Shown here: positions 49,283 to 59,779 of the stretch, one piece after another | Numbering within the stretch: the first letter of the stretch is position 1 | Layout: each line of letters begins with the position of its first letter | DNA from: an uncultured bacterium | GTDB lineage: Bacteria; Patescibacteriota; JACMRA01 | NCBI GenBank assembly: GCA_963704645.1 | Contig: OY969926.1 | Coordinates: 416,001 to 480,000, forward strand | DNA length: 64,000 nucleotides | Direction: 5' to 3' | Made by a program: the position numbers and the translations under genes | The notes under the pieces: generated by a model | What the model saw: only the letters and a program-made list of their open reading frames with translations | The model's database searches: none | What the model was told of the DNA's origin: nothing

Positions 49283-49668
49283 TTATTTTAGGAGGCAAAT
49301 AATTTTGTTTTTAACGGTATGGAAATTATTGTCAGATAGCTTGCCAATTTTCCCTTCGAACCTTTTTGTATCAATTACTCTAACTTGAGAGGCTAGAGCT
49401 GAAATATCTTCAGACTGAAATTTGAAAATTATATAGTATGGATTTGTTTTAATTTTCGTACTGAGTGGCACCACCCAAGCTAAATTTCGATTAAATTTTT
49501 TAGCACAAGTACAGGCCTGTTGAAAGTTATACCTTTTCCATAGACTTCACCGCCAACGTTTTGGCCAATACTACACCAAAAAACTTCTCCTTCAATAAAG
49601 CTTCTACCAGAATTTTTATTGTTTATTTTATGTTTTAAATGTATCCATTCTAAAAACTGTTGCCACAT
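49283..49668 (-). pseudogene. PemK/MazF-family toxin, frameshifted in an A6 run
   Basis: GEVFWCSIGQNVGGEVYGKG..F.RPVLVLK joins KFNRNLAWVVPLSTK...SQVRVIDTKR if one A is added at 49496-49501. Confidence 0.8.
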
Positions 49669-49845
49669 TTAATAATTCCTACATAATTTGCTGCTTACAG
49701 CAAACTTAAATATACTCAAAGTTTGGACAATATAGTTGTGACTTGAACTTAAGGTAATGACTTAGTAATGATCTGGGCTAACTTACTCTAATTTTAATAG
49801 CCAATCACATTTCATTTATAGAATAGCTTTAATTCAAAAGTGCAA

Positions 49846-50694
49846 TTACTCCACTCCCAATTCCTCAAAAAAATAAGCAAGCCAAACTAAGCAGAACCAA
49901 GCTACTCCAACCCCTGTGGCGGATGAAGTTAAGTAAGCACTAGATTTTATATTAAAAGTTTTGACATCATGCTCCACATTTTCTAGCCAATTGGTAATTT
50001 TTTCTTTGAGGCTGTTTAATTCAAGCTTACTCTCCTCCAAAAGTTCAGGGTGATTTTCTAACCATGAAAAAGTTTTCCCAGATTCTTCCTTCAAATTATT
50101 TCTAAAAATATCCAATAATTCTGGGTTTCCAGCATAAATAGAATTTAGTCTTGGGTTAACTACACCTAAAGCTTCAGGAATTGTTCCAACTAGCTGATGA
50201 TGATCGGTAATAATTAGATCGGCAGTTTTAGTTTGATTCTCCAATTTTAATTTGTTAACCAAATCTGCCTCATCGCGTGAATTTATTCCACAATCTACAC
50301 TTATAATTAAATTAAATTTTTGGCTTAAATCTTGAATAGCGGCGGTGTTCATTCCGTAACCTTCGGTAAATCTGTCTGGGGCATAAAAACTAATATTATT
50401 TTTATCAAAACCAAGTTCAATTAAACCATGATACATTGTAGCTGTAGCAGTAACTGCATCGGTGTCATAATCGCTGTAAATGCATATTGTTTCTTTGGCT
50501 AAATAAGCCTGCAAAAGTCTTAAATTAAATATTTCTACTCCAAAAATATATGGTAAAATTTGGTGATAATCTGTTAAATTTAACTGAGTAAAAAAGTTTG
50601 GCCAATTAGGCTTTTCAAAACCTTCTGGGGCGAAGCGTCTGATGTACTTGTCAATTTTGGAATTTTCTTGAGAGTTGTTCGTTATTTCATTCAT
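49846..50694 (-). CDS. recJ: RecJ N-terminal DHH half only
   Basis: SDYDTDAVTA, PDRFTEGYG, SVDCGI, ITDHH, NP, GVGVAW; stops before the LVALGT/DHHA1 region. Confidence 0.75.
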   Translation of the reverse strand: MNEITNNSQENSKIDKYIRRFAPEGFEKPNWPNFFTQLNLTDYHQILPYIFGVEIFNLRLLQAYLAKETICIYSDYDTDAVTATATMYHGLIELGFDKNNISFYAPDRFTEGYGMNTAAIQDLSQKFNLIISVDCGINSRDEADLVNKLKLENQTKTADLIITDHHQLVGTIPEALGVVNPRLNSIYAGNPELLDIFRNNLKEESGKTFSWLENHPELLEESKLELNSLKEKITNWLENVEHDVKTFNIKSSAYLTSSATGVGVAWFCLVWLAYFFEELGVE

Positions 50695-51015
50695 AATTAT
50701 AATTTCCTTTTATTTCCTTGAATATTAACTATTTAAAGGTGTTTTGAATAGTTTTAAGATTGTAACTAGTTTAATTAGTAGAATCCACTTTAATTAAAAC
50801 TAATTTCATAACCTGATACCAGTCAAAATAAATTTAGTTCATGTCCAAACTTAAATTCAATATTTCAAGTGCAAGATTGGCATTTCATTTAAACTTATGA
50901 ATTTAATTCGCAAAGTTACTTGCACCTGCACTGGCTCAAACACGTTTTGGAAAACAGATTGAGACGGCGTTGATACTTGACCAAGCCGAACATTTTAAAC
51001 TAGTATTAAAAAAAT

Positions 51016-52131
51016 ATGTCTACCCACATAAACCCAAATAGCTTTAATAATTCTAATGTTCAAGTTGTTGAAGTTAGGCCTAAAATGAAAGGATTCTTAT
51101 TTTCGTACATCCTTTTTTCTTTACCAGGTTTTTTAATTGGGCTGGCTTGGTTGGGTATTTCTATTCTAATTTTTATTACAGTTTTTACCGCAGTAATTTT
51201 TAGCTCTCCAAACTCTACGGACGATATAAAGTCTGGCACTTTAACTTTGGAATCTCTGGAAAAAGGTTCAGCCGAGGGAATCTTAATTTACGATTTATCT
51301 GGGGAAATTCAAACCGGCAATAAAAACTTACCAAACACAGCTAGAGATACAGGAATTTACACAGAAATTGTTGCCAAAGATTTCCAAAAAATTAAACAAG
51401 ATTCTAAAATTAAAAATATTGTTTTTCGTTTGAATACTCCAGGTGGATCGGTTTTTGCCTCTCAAGTTTTAGCAGATGAAATTAAAAGCTTGCTAGATTC
51501 TAAAGGTCAAACAGAAGCGGTTTTTTACTACGATCAAATTGCAGCCAGTGGTGGTTTATGGGCAACATATCAAAATAAAAACTATGTTGTAGGTTCAAAA
51601 TACGGCGAAACTGGTTCAATTGGAGTTGTTTTACAAGTAGCAAACTTCAAGAAACTAGCAGATAATATTGGATATTCTCAAACCACAATAAAATCTAGTC
51701 CTAGCAAGGATATTGGCAACCCACTACGCGATCTTTCTGCTGAAGAAGGTAAATTTTTACAGAAGCAAGTAGACACAGAATACGCTAAATTTATTAAAAT
51801 TGTAGCCGAAGGTAGAAATTTATCTGAAATTAAAGTTAAAGAGTTTGCTAATGGTTATGTTTATTCAAATCAGGAAGCATTATCATTTGGGCTGTTAGAT
51901 GAAGTTGGAGGAATAGATAGAGCAATTAAAAGATCTGCTAAAAATGTGAACTTAGTTTCTGGTTACAGTGTCTGGCAAATAAAATCTGAATTAGGTTTCA
52001 TAGATTCTTTGTTAAGCCAGTCTTCAATTTCTAGTTTGGTTAATACAACCACCCAAACTGCTCAGCAAATTAACAGTGCTACCGCTTTGGAAACCGGTGT
52101 AGTTTATGCTATAGAGCCTAGTAGAATGTAG
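51016..52131 (+). CDS. sppA: Signal peptide peptidase SppA (S49)
   Basis: LNTPGGS, AASGG, TGSIGV, FIKIVAEGR, GLLDEVG. Confidence 0.88.
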   Translation: MSTHINPNSFNNSNVQVVEVRPKMKGFLFSYILFSLPGFLIGLAWLGISILIFITVFTAVIFSSPNSTDDIKSGTLTLESLEKGSAEGILIYDLSGEIQTGNKNLPNTARDTGIYTEIVAKDFQKIKQDSKIKNIVFRLNTPGGSVFASQVLADEIKSLLDSKGQTEAVFYYDQIAASGGLWATYQNKNYVVGSKYGETGSIGVVLQVANFKKLADNIGYSQTTIKSSPSKDIGNPLRDLSAEEGKFLQKQVDTEYAKFIKIVAEGRNLSEIKVKEFANGYVYSNQEALSFGLLDEVGGIDRAIKRSAKNVNLVSGYSVWQIKSELGFIDSLLSQSSISSLVNTTTQTAQQINSATALETGVVYAIEPSRM

Positions 52132-52343
52132 TTATAAAAAGGCTTGATTTCCTAAGATTAAATAATATCTATTTGGAGTATTAACTAAAAGATTTTGCCT
52201 TGAACTTGAAGTGTAATGTTTTTAAATTAACAAAAAAATTGCAATCCTTACTTAGATCACTTTTTAAACACTGGAACATTGTTCATACGCAATTCTCTGT
52301 AATGTTAAAAACTAGCATAACCTACTTAAAATAAAACCAAAAG

Positions 52344-52832
52344 ATGAACTTTAACTATTCAGATTCTAAAATTGTAATTGGTATAGATCCAGGTACTGCT
52401 ACTGTGGGTTATGGAATATCAACTGGTAGCAAAAAATTACCAGTAATTTTAGATTACGGAGTTCTACACACCGACGCTCTTCCTAAAGAAAAAATGCCAT
52501 TTAGACTTGCTGAAATTGGTAGAGATTTAGATCAATTATTAGATAAATATAATCCAACCCATGCAATTATTGAAGATCTGTTCTTTTTTAAAAACCAAAG
52601 TACTGCAATTAGTGTAGCCCAAAGTAGGGGGGTGCTTTTGTATCTTTTAGCCAAGCGAAATATTTCTATTTTATCTTTAACTCCACTAGAAATTAAGCAA
52701 GGAATTTGTGGGTACGGAAGAGCTACAAAAAAACAGGTACAAACTATGGTCCAAAAAGTATTTCAACTACCAAGTCCACCTAAACCAGATGACGCAGCAG
52801 ACGCTTTGGCCATGAGCTGGTTGGGTTTATAA
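52344..52832 (+). CDS. ruvC: Holliday junction resolvase RuvC
   Basis: GIDPGTA, IEDLFF, GYGRATKKQV, PDDAADALA. Confidence 0.96.
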   Translation: MNFNYSDSKIVIGIDPGTATVGYGISTGSKKLPVILDYGVLHTDALPKEKMPFRLAEIGRDLDQLLDKYNPTHAIIEDLFFFKNQSTAISVAQSRGVLLYLLAKRNISILSLTPLEIKQGICGYGRATKKQVQTMVQKVFQLPSPPKPDDAADALAMSWLGL

Positions 52833-52893
52833 AAAGCTGTAAACTACAAATCAATACTTAACTATTTCGCTCAATTTGAGCTTCTAAATCATT

Positions 52894-54114
52894 CTATGAA
52901 TCGGCAATTTCAACACCGGCTTCACGTAGAATTGAAGTTAAAAGTATTTCTGTGAATTGGGGAATTGTATCTATGTTTAAATACTCATCTACAGTATTTT
53001 GGTTAGCTCCAGTTAAACATTGGGCAAAAGCTGTTGGAATATTTTTTTGCTGAATGTAATACAATGGATCTAAATAGTAATCGTTCGAGTGATAAACTTC
53101 TAGGTCTAATTTATTTTTAATTTCTTCTGCGAAAATATCTTTGAATTTAGTATCTTCTAGTTGCACTGGTGGAACGTCGTATATTACTTCAAATTCAAAC
53201 TTAACTGGTGCATCTGCGCTAAGTTTAGTAGCTACACTATCTGCAATTTGTAAATATTCTTTACTAGTTAATGTAAACGCAGAAAGTAAACTAATAGAAG
53301 CTGTTAAATAATTAGGTGATAAACCAAAACCTGTTCCTCCGTGAATTTCATAAACTACTTGGTCACTTCCAACATTAGGTGGAAAGCTAGGGTCAGCAGG
53401 GTAAAGTTTAATTTGCTCTTTCATTTCTTCCCAGAACTTAGTAAAGTAATCTATTGGGTTGTAGTCAGCTCTATTTTTTTGCCATACTTTAGTTGTTAAA
53501 TTGGGAACAACTCTGGTTATATTTACTTTTAAACGTAATACTCCACGGCAACCTGTGCATACAAAAGCTTTATCACCATTAAAAAGTAATACTCCTCCTA
53601 CTAAAGCTAATCTGCCTTGTAAACCTTGGTCTAAAATCATTTTAATACCATTGTAAACCTTAGTTCCAATACTATTTGTGTAAACACATTTCATTAAATG
53701 ACCGTAGCCTAAATCGTTTAAGATTTTCTTAACATGCATTGAAAGTCCAACGGTTCCTTTCATTTTCCAAGCCCCACTTCCAAATAGTTTATTATCTTGA
53801 ACAAAAGGTGTGAATGGGTCGTAAGTTGCGTGGTAATGTTCACCTAAATCAACAGTACCGTATCCAGAAAAAACTATAGTACCTTCTTTTTTATCAAAGT
53901 TTTCTCCAATAAACACAGCTCTCTCTTCATCGCCGTCAGAATATATTGTGGCGTCTAAATCTAATTGTTTAGCTAATTTAACAATCTTTTTAGTAATTGG
54001 TTCTTGGCTGTCAATAACTGCAACAGACGGTGTTTTAATTAACTCCTTTATTGTTTCAATAATTTTAGGAGCAGCTTCCTTAGAAATATCATGGATTTGA
54101 GTTTTAGTAAGCAT
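52894..54114 (-). CDS. M20/ArgE-DapE family protein with degenerate active site
   Basis: Fold-level matches (PSV, DPF.P, KLFG.GA..MKG, RG, GG.G, DEY) but the metal ligands are replaced. Confidence 0.75.
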   Translation of the reverse strand: MLTKTQIHDISKEAAPKIIETIKELIKTPSVAVIDSQEPITKKIVKLAKQLDLDATIYSDGDEERAVFIGENFDKKEGTIVFSGYGTVDLGEHYHATYDPFTPFVQDNKLFGSGAWKMKGTVGLSMHVKKILNDLGYGHLMKCVYTNSIGTKVYNGIKMILDQGLQGRLALVGGVLLFNGDKAFVCTGCRGVLRLKVNITRVVPNLTTKVWQKNRADYNPIDYFTKFWEEMKEQIKLYPADPSFPPNVGSDQVVYEIHGGTGFGLSPNYLTASISLLSAFTLTSKEYLQIADSVATKLSADAPVKFEFEVIYDVPPVQLEDTKFKDIFAEEIKNKLDLEVYHSNDYYLDPLYYIQQKNIPTAFAQCLTGANQNTVDEYLNIDTIPQFTEILLTSILREAGVEIADS

Positions 54115-54221
54115 AATTTATGTGCTCTAATACTAGTAAATTTTGTGGAGATGTCAACTATTTATCGTAATATTTTACTAAATATGGTAATTACTTATGG
54201 TAATTGACAAAAGGCTAGGGG

Positions 54222-55493
54222 GTGTTCAAAATTTCAATAGTGAAACCTTTTTCAAGTAGACAGTTTATTAGTAAGTTCAGCCAAACAGGAAATAGTTACG
54301 ATTGGTGGCTGGTTGCTATTGTAGCTACATTACTAGTTTTAGGCCTAGCTTTTTTAGCCAGCGCTTTAGCTACAACTGGAATTTTTAGTTTTCAAAGTGA
54401 GTTTTTAAAACAGTTAGTATTTGGGGTTTGGCTTGGTACAGTACTAGCTTTTGTTCTAGCAAAAATAGATTATCATTTTTGGTTTCAGCACAAAAATAAA
54501 TTACTTTTAGGAACATTGTTACTGCTTGGTTTTATTGCAGTATTCATTTTAACGGCAGACTTCTTAAAAATTCCCCGCGAAACTTTTATAACACAGTTGC
54601 AATTCTTGCCCGTATTGCCATATTCCGCTAATGGCGCTGTGCGTTGGATTTCGGTAAGCTTTTTGCCTAACTTTCAGCCAAGCGAACTGGCCAAGCTAAC
54701 TATTTTAATTTACTTTGCATCTTTTTTAAATAATTTGAAATCTGAAGAAATTAGCTGGATGAAGTTAAAAAAACCAGTTTATGCTTTTGCTTTAGTTTCC
54801 ATCTTGATTCTAATTCAACCAGATTTAGGTACTGTAATTTTATTGGCATTAATTATTTTATCTGGAATGTGGATAGTAAAAGTTCCAATTAAAATGTTAG
54901 CTATTTTGGCTGTTGTTGTGGTTATTGCTGGCGCCGTTCTAACTTTAAGTTATGGTTATAGGCGAAACCGTTTTGAGGCTGTTTTTAACCCAAATTCTTC
55001 TGTAGGCTCGCAGATTTCTTTAGGTCAATTAGCTGTGCAAAAAGGTGGTTTGTGGGGGCTTGGTTATGGTAACAGCGAAAGTAAGCAACAAGGTTTAATT
55101 TACGAAGGTTCCACCGATTTAATTATTACTATTATTGCAGAAGAGATGGGATTTTTGTTTACACTTTTATTCTTGTCTTTATATCTCCTATTACTGTTTA
55201 GAAGTTTACAAATAGCTAAAAATGCTCCAGATGCTGGAGGTAGCGCCGTGGCTATAGGTATTGGTATTTGGTTAAGTACACAGGCCTTTTTGAACTTAGC
55301 TGGGGTTTTGGGTCTACTACCGCTTAAAGGTTTTCCACTACCTTTTGTTAGCGAAGGGGGTTCTTCTATGGTTTTAAACTTAATGGCCATAGGGGTTTTA
55401 CTTAATATATCTAGCCAAAGCCAGAACAAAGATAGACTAAAAGTATTACCAATTGCAGGCTACAAATCACCTGCGAAAAGTTACGGAAGGTAG
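54222..55493 (+). CDS. ftsW: FtsW/RodA/SpoVE family peptidoglycan polymerase
   Basis: NGAVRWI, FQPSELAK, QPDLGT, TDLI..IIAEEMG, PLKG.PLPFVS.GGSS. Confidence 0.85.
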   Translation: MFKISIVKPFSSRQFISKFSQTGNSYDWWLVAIVATLLVLGLAFLASALATTGIFSFQSEFLKQLVFGVWLGTVLAFVLAKIDYHFWFQHKNKLLLGTLLLLGFIAVFILTADFLKIPRETFITQLQFLPVLPYSANGAVRWISVSFLPNFQPSELAKLTILIYFASFLNNLKSEEISWMKLKKPVYAFALVSILILIQPDLGTVILLALIILSGMWIVKVPIKMLAILAVVVVIAGAVLTLSYGYRRNRFEAVFNPNSSVGSQISLGQLAVQKGGLWGLGYGNSESKQQGLIYEGSTDLIITIIAEEMGFLFTLLFLSLYLLLLFRSLQIAKNAPDAGGSAVAIGIGIWLSTQAFLNLAGVLGLLPLKGFPLPFVSEGGSSMVLNLMAIGVLLNISSQSQNKDRLKVLPIAGYKSPAKSYGR

Positions 55494-55632
55494 TATATTA
55501 GTAATTATTGGAAACCGATGCTTTAATTTTGTTTCACAATCTAAACCGTAGGAAAACAATAAAAGTTAACAAAAGGTTGATAAATTAAATTTGAACCTGC
55601 AAAGACACATAATTAAAAAATGTCAATTTGGT

Positions 55633-55660
55633 TTGACAAAATAGGCATATTACCTATAAT
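55633..55660 (+). promoter_or_regulatory. sigma70 promoter of rpoC
   Basis: TTGACA-N16-TATAAT. Confidence 0.8.
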
Positions 55661-55757
55661 TAGAAAAGAAGCTTTGCCCCGTGATGTGCATTTTGAATTA
55701 AATTAGTACTAACTCTCCCTCACGTAGGGCATTTCGCCGTCTCAAAACCTTTTATTT

Positions 55758-58700
55758 ATGTCGTACGTAGCTATTCCTAGTAACCTTAAAAATGTAGATT
55801 CAATTAGTCTCGAATTAATGAGCCCTGAAGAGATGTTGAACATGAGTTATGGAGAAGTTTTAACAGCTGAAACCATTAACTACAGAACTGGAATTCCTCA
55901 AACTAACGGTCTTTTTTGTCAGGCTATTTTTGGTCCTGTGCAAGATTGGGAGTGTCAGTGTGGAAAATATAAAAGGTACAGATACGCAGGTGTAATTTGT
56001 GATAAATGTGGTGTAATGGTTACTCACGCTTCTGTTAGGCGTGAAAGAATGGGGCATATTACTTTAGCTGTTCCATGCGTTCACCCTTGGATGTTAAGAA
56101 TTATTCCTTCTAGAATTGCTTTAATTTTAGACATGAAAGCTGCAGAAATTTCCAGAGTTGCTTATTTTTCTGCTTACGTTATTACCGAAATTCATGAAGA
56201 AATTAGATCTGAATACATTTCTAAACTAGAAGCCGAAGGACAATTAAGAATTAAGAATACCAAAGCAGATTTTGACCTTAAATTTGAAGCCCTTTCCAAG
56301 CAATATCAAATTGATAAATCTTCTGGTAATTTTGAAGTTGAAGCCTTAAAAGCCAAATATGAAGTAGATAAAGAAATTTTGAAAACTCAACAAGCTGAAA
56401 CAATTTCTAGAATTGAAACTATTGCTGAAGTAGCAAAAAAGGAAATTATGCTTTTGGAATACAAGAGCGTTATTACTGAAGTTGTTTACCAAGAATTATC
56501 CCAAAAGTTTGGTCCTGTATTTAAAGCAAGCATTGGTGCTGAAGCCATTGAACAACTTCTTAAAAATATTAATTTAGAAAAAGAAATTGATTTCTTAAAA
56601 GACAAATTAACAACTGCCCGCGGTGCTACTAAGCAGAAATTGGCTAAAAGAATGAAGCTAATTAAAGCCTTCCAAAGAAACAATACACGTCCAGATTGGA
56701 TGGTTCTTAGAAGGGTAATGGTTCTTCCTCCAGAATTGCGTCCTATGTTGCAATTAGACGGTGGTAGAATGGCAGCTTCAGATTTAAACGAATTGTACAG
56801 AAGATTAATTAACAGAAACAACCGTTTAAGAAAATTAATTCAAATTGGAGCTCCTGAAATTATTCTTCGTAACGAAAAAAGAATGTTACAAGAAGCTGTA
56901 GAAGCATTAATAGATAACTCTGCTAGAGGTGGAAGACAGGTTATGGCCAGCACTGGTGTAAAGCGTGCTTTAAAATCTTTAACCGATGTTTTGAAGGGTA
57001 AAGGCGGACGTTTCAGACAGAACTTGTTAGGAAAAAGAGTAGATTATTCTGGTAGATCTGTAATTATTGTTGGTCCATCTTTGAAGTTGAATCAGTGTGG
57101 CTTACCGAAGGAAATGGCTTTGGAATTGTTTAAGCCGTTCATGATTGGTAAAATTATCCAAAAATCTGAACTTGGTTTAATGGCTGACGAAGGATCTGCT
57201 TACAACGTTCACTCTGCTAGAAGGTTAATTGAAACTAGAAAGCCTGTTGTTTACGATATTTTAGATGAAGTAATTAAAGACAAATATGTTTTGTTGAACC
57301 GTGCTCCAACTTTGCACCGTTTAGGTTTCTTGGCTTTCCAGCCAGTTTTAGTAGAAGGCAAAGCTATTCGTTTGCATCCTTTGGTATGTCCTGCTTTTAA
57401 TGCAGATTTTGATGGAGATCAAATGGCTGTTCACTTGCCTATTACTATTAAAGGACAAGAAGAAGCTCGTGATTTAATGGTGGCAACTAAGAACTTACTT
57501 CGCCCTGCCAACGGTGAAATTATCATGCAAGGTCACCAAGATATTTTGCTTGGTATTTACTACTTAACAAGTTTGGGTGAACCAACAGAAAAGATTAAGC
57601 GTTTTAGCTCCACATCTTTAGTTCTACGTGCTTTAGCTGATAAAGAAATTGAAACCTCCGAGTTAGTACGTGTAAAACTTCCTAAAGAAAAAGGTGGTGA
57701 AACTGTAGAAACCACAGCTGGAAGAATTTTGTTCAACCGATGTTTCCCAGATGCTTTTAAGTATGTAAATCAAGAGCTAAACAAGAAAAACTATGGTGCA
57801 TTAATTACCGAAAGTTACCATTTCTTAGGTCAAGATGCTATGGCCAAAGTTTTGGATACAATTAAAGACACGGCTTTTAAATATGTAACCTCCGCTGGTA
57901 TTACTTTGTCCTACAAAGATTTTACAAGTCCTGATGGAAAGCATGAATTATTAGCTGAAACTAGAGGCAAAGTTAAACAGTTGGGTCAATACTTTGACCT
58001 TGGTTTAATGACAGACAAGGAAAGACACAGACAAGTTATTAGTCAATGGAGAGTAACTTCTGATGATATTTCTAAGTTAACTGAGCAGGCAATGGATAAG
58101 CGTGGAAACGTTGGTATGATTATCAATTCTGGAGCTAGAGGAAACGTAACAGCCTTGAACCAAATTGTAGGTATGAAAGGTTTGCTTATGACTGCTTCTG
58201 GGGAAATTGTGGAACTTCCTATTCAAAGTAGTTATCTTGAAGGTTTAACTGGTTTGGAATACTTTATTTCCATGAGAGGACAAAGAAAAGCTTTAGCTGA
58301 TATTGCTTTGAAAACTGCTGATGCTGGTTACTTGACTAGAAAAATGGTAGATGTATCTCAAAACTTAGTTGCCATGTCCGATGACTGCAATACAAAGTTG
58401 GGTGTACGTATCACAGTAGATTCTAGTAAGGCTATGAACAAATCTATTTGGGATATTGTTTATGGAAGATTCCTATTGAAAGATTTGAAAGATTCTGCCG
58501 GAAATGTTTTGGTTAAAGCTGGAGAATTCCTAGATTACGCTACAGTTAACTCTTTGAGAGATAAAGATGTGCAAGAAGTTTGGGCAAGATCTAGTGTGAA
58601 ATGCCAATTGCCAAGAGGTGTTTGTAGAAAGTGTTATGGTGTAGATTTTAGCACTCATCAACCAGTTAAATTGGGTTCTGCTATTGGTATTATTGCTGCT

Positions 58701-59726
58701 CAAAGTTTAGGAGAGCCAAGTACTCAATTGTCTTTGCGTTCCAAGCACTTTGGAGGTGTAGCTATGAAAGCAGACATTAACTCTGGTTTGGCTAGAGTGG
58801 AGGAAGTTCTAGAGGCAAGAGTTCCTAAATATGTTGCTCCAATGGCAATTTTAGATGGAGTTGTAGAAAAAGTAGAGGGAAGTATTGATGAAGGCTTCAA
58901 AATTACAGTAGTAAGTCATCCAAGCGCCCATAAGTTAGAAAAAGATACAACCGATATGATGCTTCTAGGAAACGGAAGTTCAGTTAGTGCTACAGACGAT
59001 TTGTTTGTTCACGCAACTGGTGAAGTAATGAAGGCAGGTCATAACGGAACCGTTGAAACAGATGGTAATATTATTGTTATTAAACAAGAAGCTCCTGAAG
59101 TTTCCGAATATCAAACTGTTCCAGGTTTAGTGTCTTTGGTAAGAGTGGGTGATAAGGTTTTCAGAGGTCAAGCTTTGGCAGACGGTCCTCTGAATTTGCA
59201 GGAAATTATGGAATCAATTGGAGTTGATGCTGTGTACCAGTATATTGTTACACAACTAAACGAAATTTATTCTTCAAATGGTATTACAGTTAACATTAAA
59301 CATATTGATGTAATTGTACGCCAAATGTGTAACCGTGTATCTGTAATTGATGCGGGTGAAAGTGAATTATCTTTGGGTGATTTGGTTAGCCAATCTTTGG
59401 TGCAAAGCGTAAACCTTAAATTAGCTGCCGAAGGTAAGAAAATTGTAATTTTCAAGAGAATTGTAATTGGTATATCCAGAGCATCTTTGGCTACAGAAAG
59501 TTGGTTGTCTGCTGCGTCCTTCCAAGAAACAGCCAAAGTTTTGGTTGAAGCAGTTATTAGTGGAAGAAAAGATCAGCTTTTAGGTTTGAAAGAAAACGTA
59601 ATTTTGGGTCAATTAATTCCTGCTGGAACTGGTTTTGATGGTGTAAAAGCAATTACTACAGAAATTCAAGAAGAGTTCGAAGAAGAAATATCTCCAGATT
59701 TGGAAGAAAGTATCGTTGAGGTCTAA
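55758..59726 (+). CDS. rpoC: RNA polymerase beta' subunit
   Basis: GLFCQAIFGP, GRFRQNLLGKRVDYSGRSVI, NADFDGDQM, KTADAGYLTR, GLKENVILG. Confidence 0.99.
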   Translation: MSYVAIPSNLKNVDSISLELMSPEEMLNMSYGEVLTAETINYRTGIPQTNGLFCQAIFGPVQDWECQCGKYKRYRYAGVICDKCGVMVTHASVRRERMGHITLAVPCVHPWMLRIIPSRIALILDMKAAEISRVAYFSAYVITEIHEEIRSEYISKLEAEGQLRIKNTKADFDLKFEALSKQYQIDKSSGNFEVEALKAKYEVDKEILKTQQAETISRIETIAEVAKKEIMLLEYKSVITEVVYQELSQKFGPVFKASIGAEAIEQLLKNINLEKEIDFLKDKLTTARGATKQKLAKRMKLIKAFQRNNTRPDWMVLRRVMVLPPELRPMLQLDGGRMAASDLNELYRRLINRNNRLRKLIQIGAPEIILRNEKRMLQEAVEALIDNSARGGRQVMASTGVKRALKSLTDVLKGKGGRFRQNLLGKRVDYSGRSVIIVGPSLKLNQCGLPKEMALELFKPFMIGKIIQKSELGLMADEGSAYNVHSARRLIETRKPVVYDILDEVIKDKYVLLNRAPTLHRLGFLAFQPVLVEGKAIRLHPLVCPAFNADFDGDQMAVHLPITIKGQEEARDLMVATKNLLRPANGEIIMQGHQDILLGIYYLTSLGEPTEKIKRFSSTSLVLRALADKEIETSELVRVKLPKEKGGETVETTAGRILFNRCFPDAFKYVNQELNKKNYGALITESYHFLGQDAMAKVLDTIKDTAFKYVTSAGITLSYKDFTSPDGKHELLAETRGKVKQLGQYFDLGLMTDKERHRQVISQWRVTSDDISKLTEQAMDKRGNVGMIINSGARGNVTALNQIVGMKGLLMTASGEIVELPIQSSYLEGLTGLEYFISMRGQRKALADIALKTADAGYLTRKMVDVSQNLVAMSDDCNTKLGVRITVDSSKAMNKSIWDIVYGRFLLKDLKDSAGNVLVKAGEFLDYATVNSLRDKDVQEVWARSSVKCQLPRGVCRKCYGVDFSTHQPVKLGSAIGIIAAQSLGEPSTQLSLRSKHFGGVAMKADINSGLARVEEVLEARVPKYVAPMAILDGVVEKVEGSIDEGFKITVVSHPSAHKLEKDTTDMMLLGNGSSVSATDDLFVHATGEVMKAGHNGTVETDGNIIVIKQEAPEVSEYQTVPGLVSLVRVGDKVFRGQALADGPLNLQEIMESIGVDAVYQYIVTQLNEIYSSNGITVNIKHIDVIVRQMCNRVSVIDAGESELSLGDLVSQSLVQSVNLKLAAEGKKIVIFKRIVIGISRASLATESWLSAASFQETAKVLVEAVISGRKDQLLGLKENVILGQLIPAGTGFDGVKAITTEIQEEFEEEISPDLEESIVEV

Positions 59727-59753
59727 ATTGATTATTAATAAAAACATAAAATT

Positions 59754-59779
59754 GGAGGGGAAACCCTCCTTAAATTTTT
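59754..59779 (+). terminator. Hairpin terminator after rpoC
   Basis: GGAGGG-GAAA-CCCTCC followed by TTAAATTTTT. Confidence 0.65.

Noticed and set aside
49726-49742. NrdR box-like GGACAATATAGTTGTG
   Set aside because: Single, off-consensus spacing, and not upstream of a ribonucleotide reductase gene.
26306-50694. Stop-codon reassignment (code 25 or TAG read-through) explaining truncated recG, recJ and the R-M gene
   Set aside because: The stops are TAG/TAA, both used normally by core genes. Long genes such as rpoC have no in-frame TGA, and no missing domains follow the recG or recJ stops.
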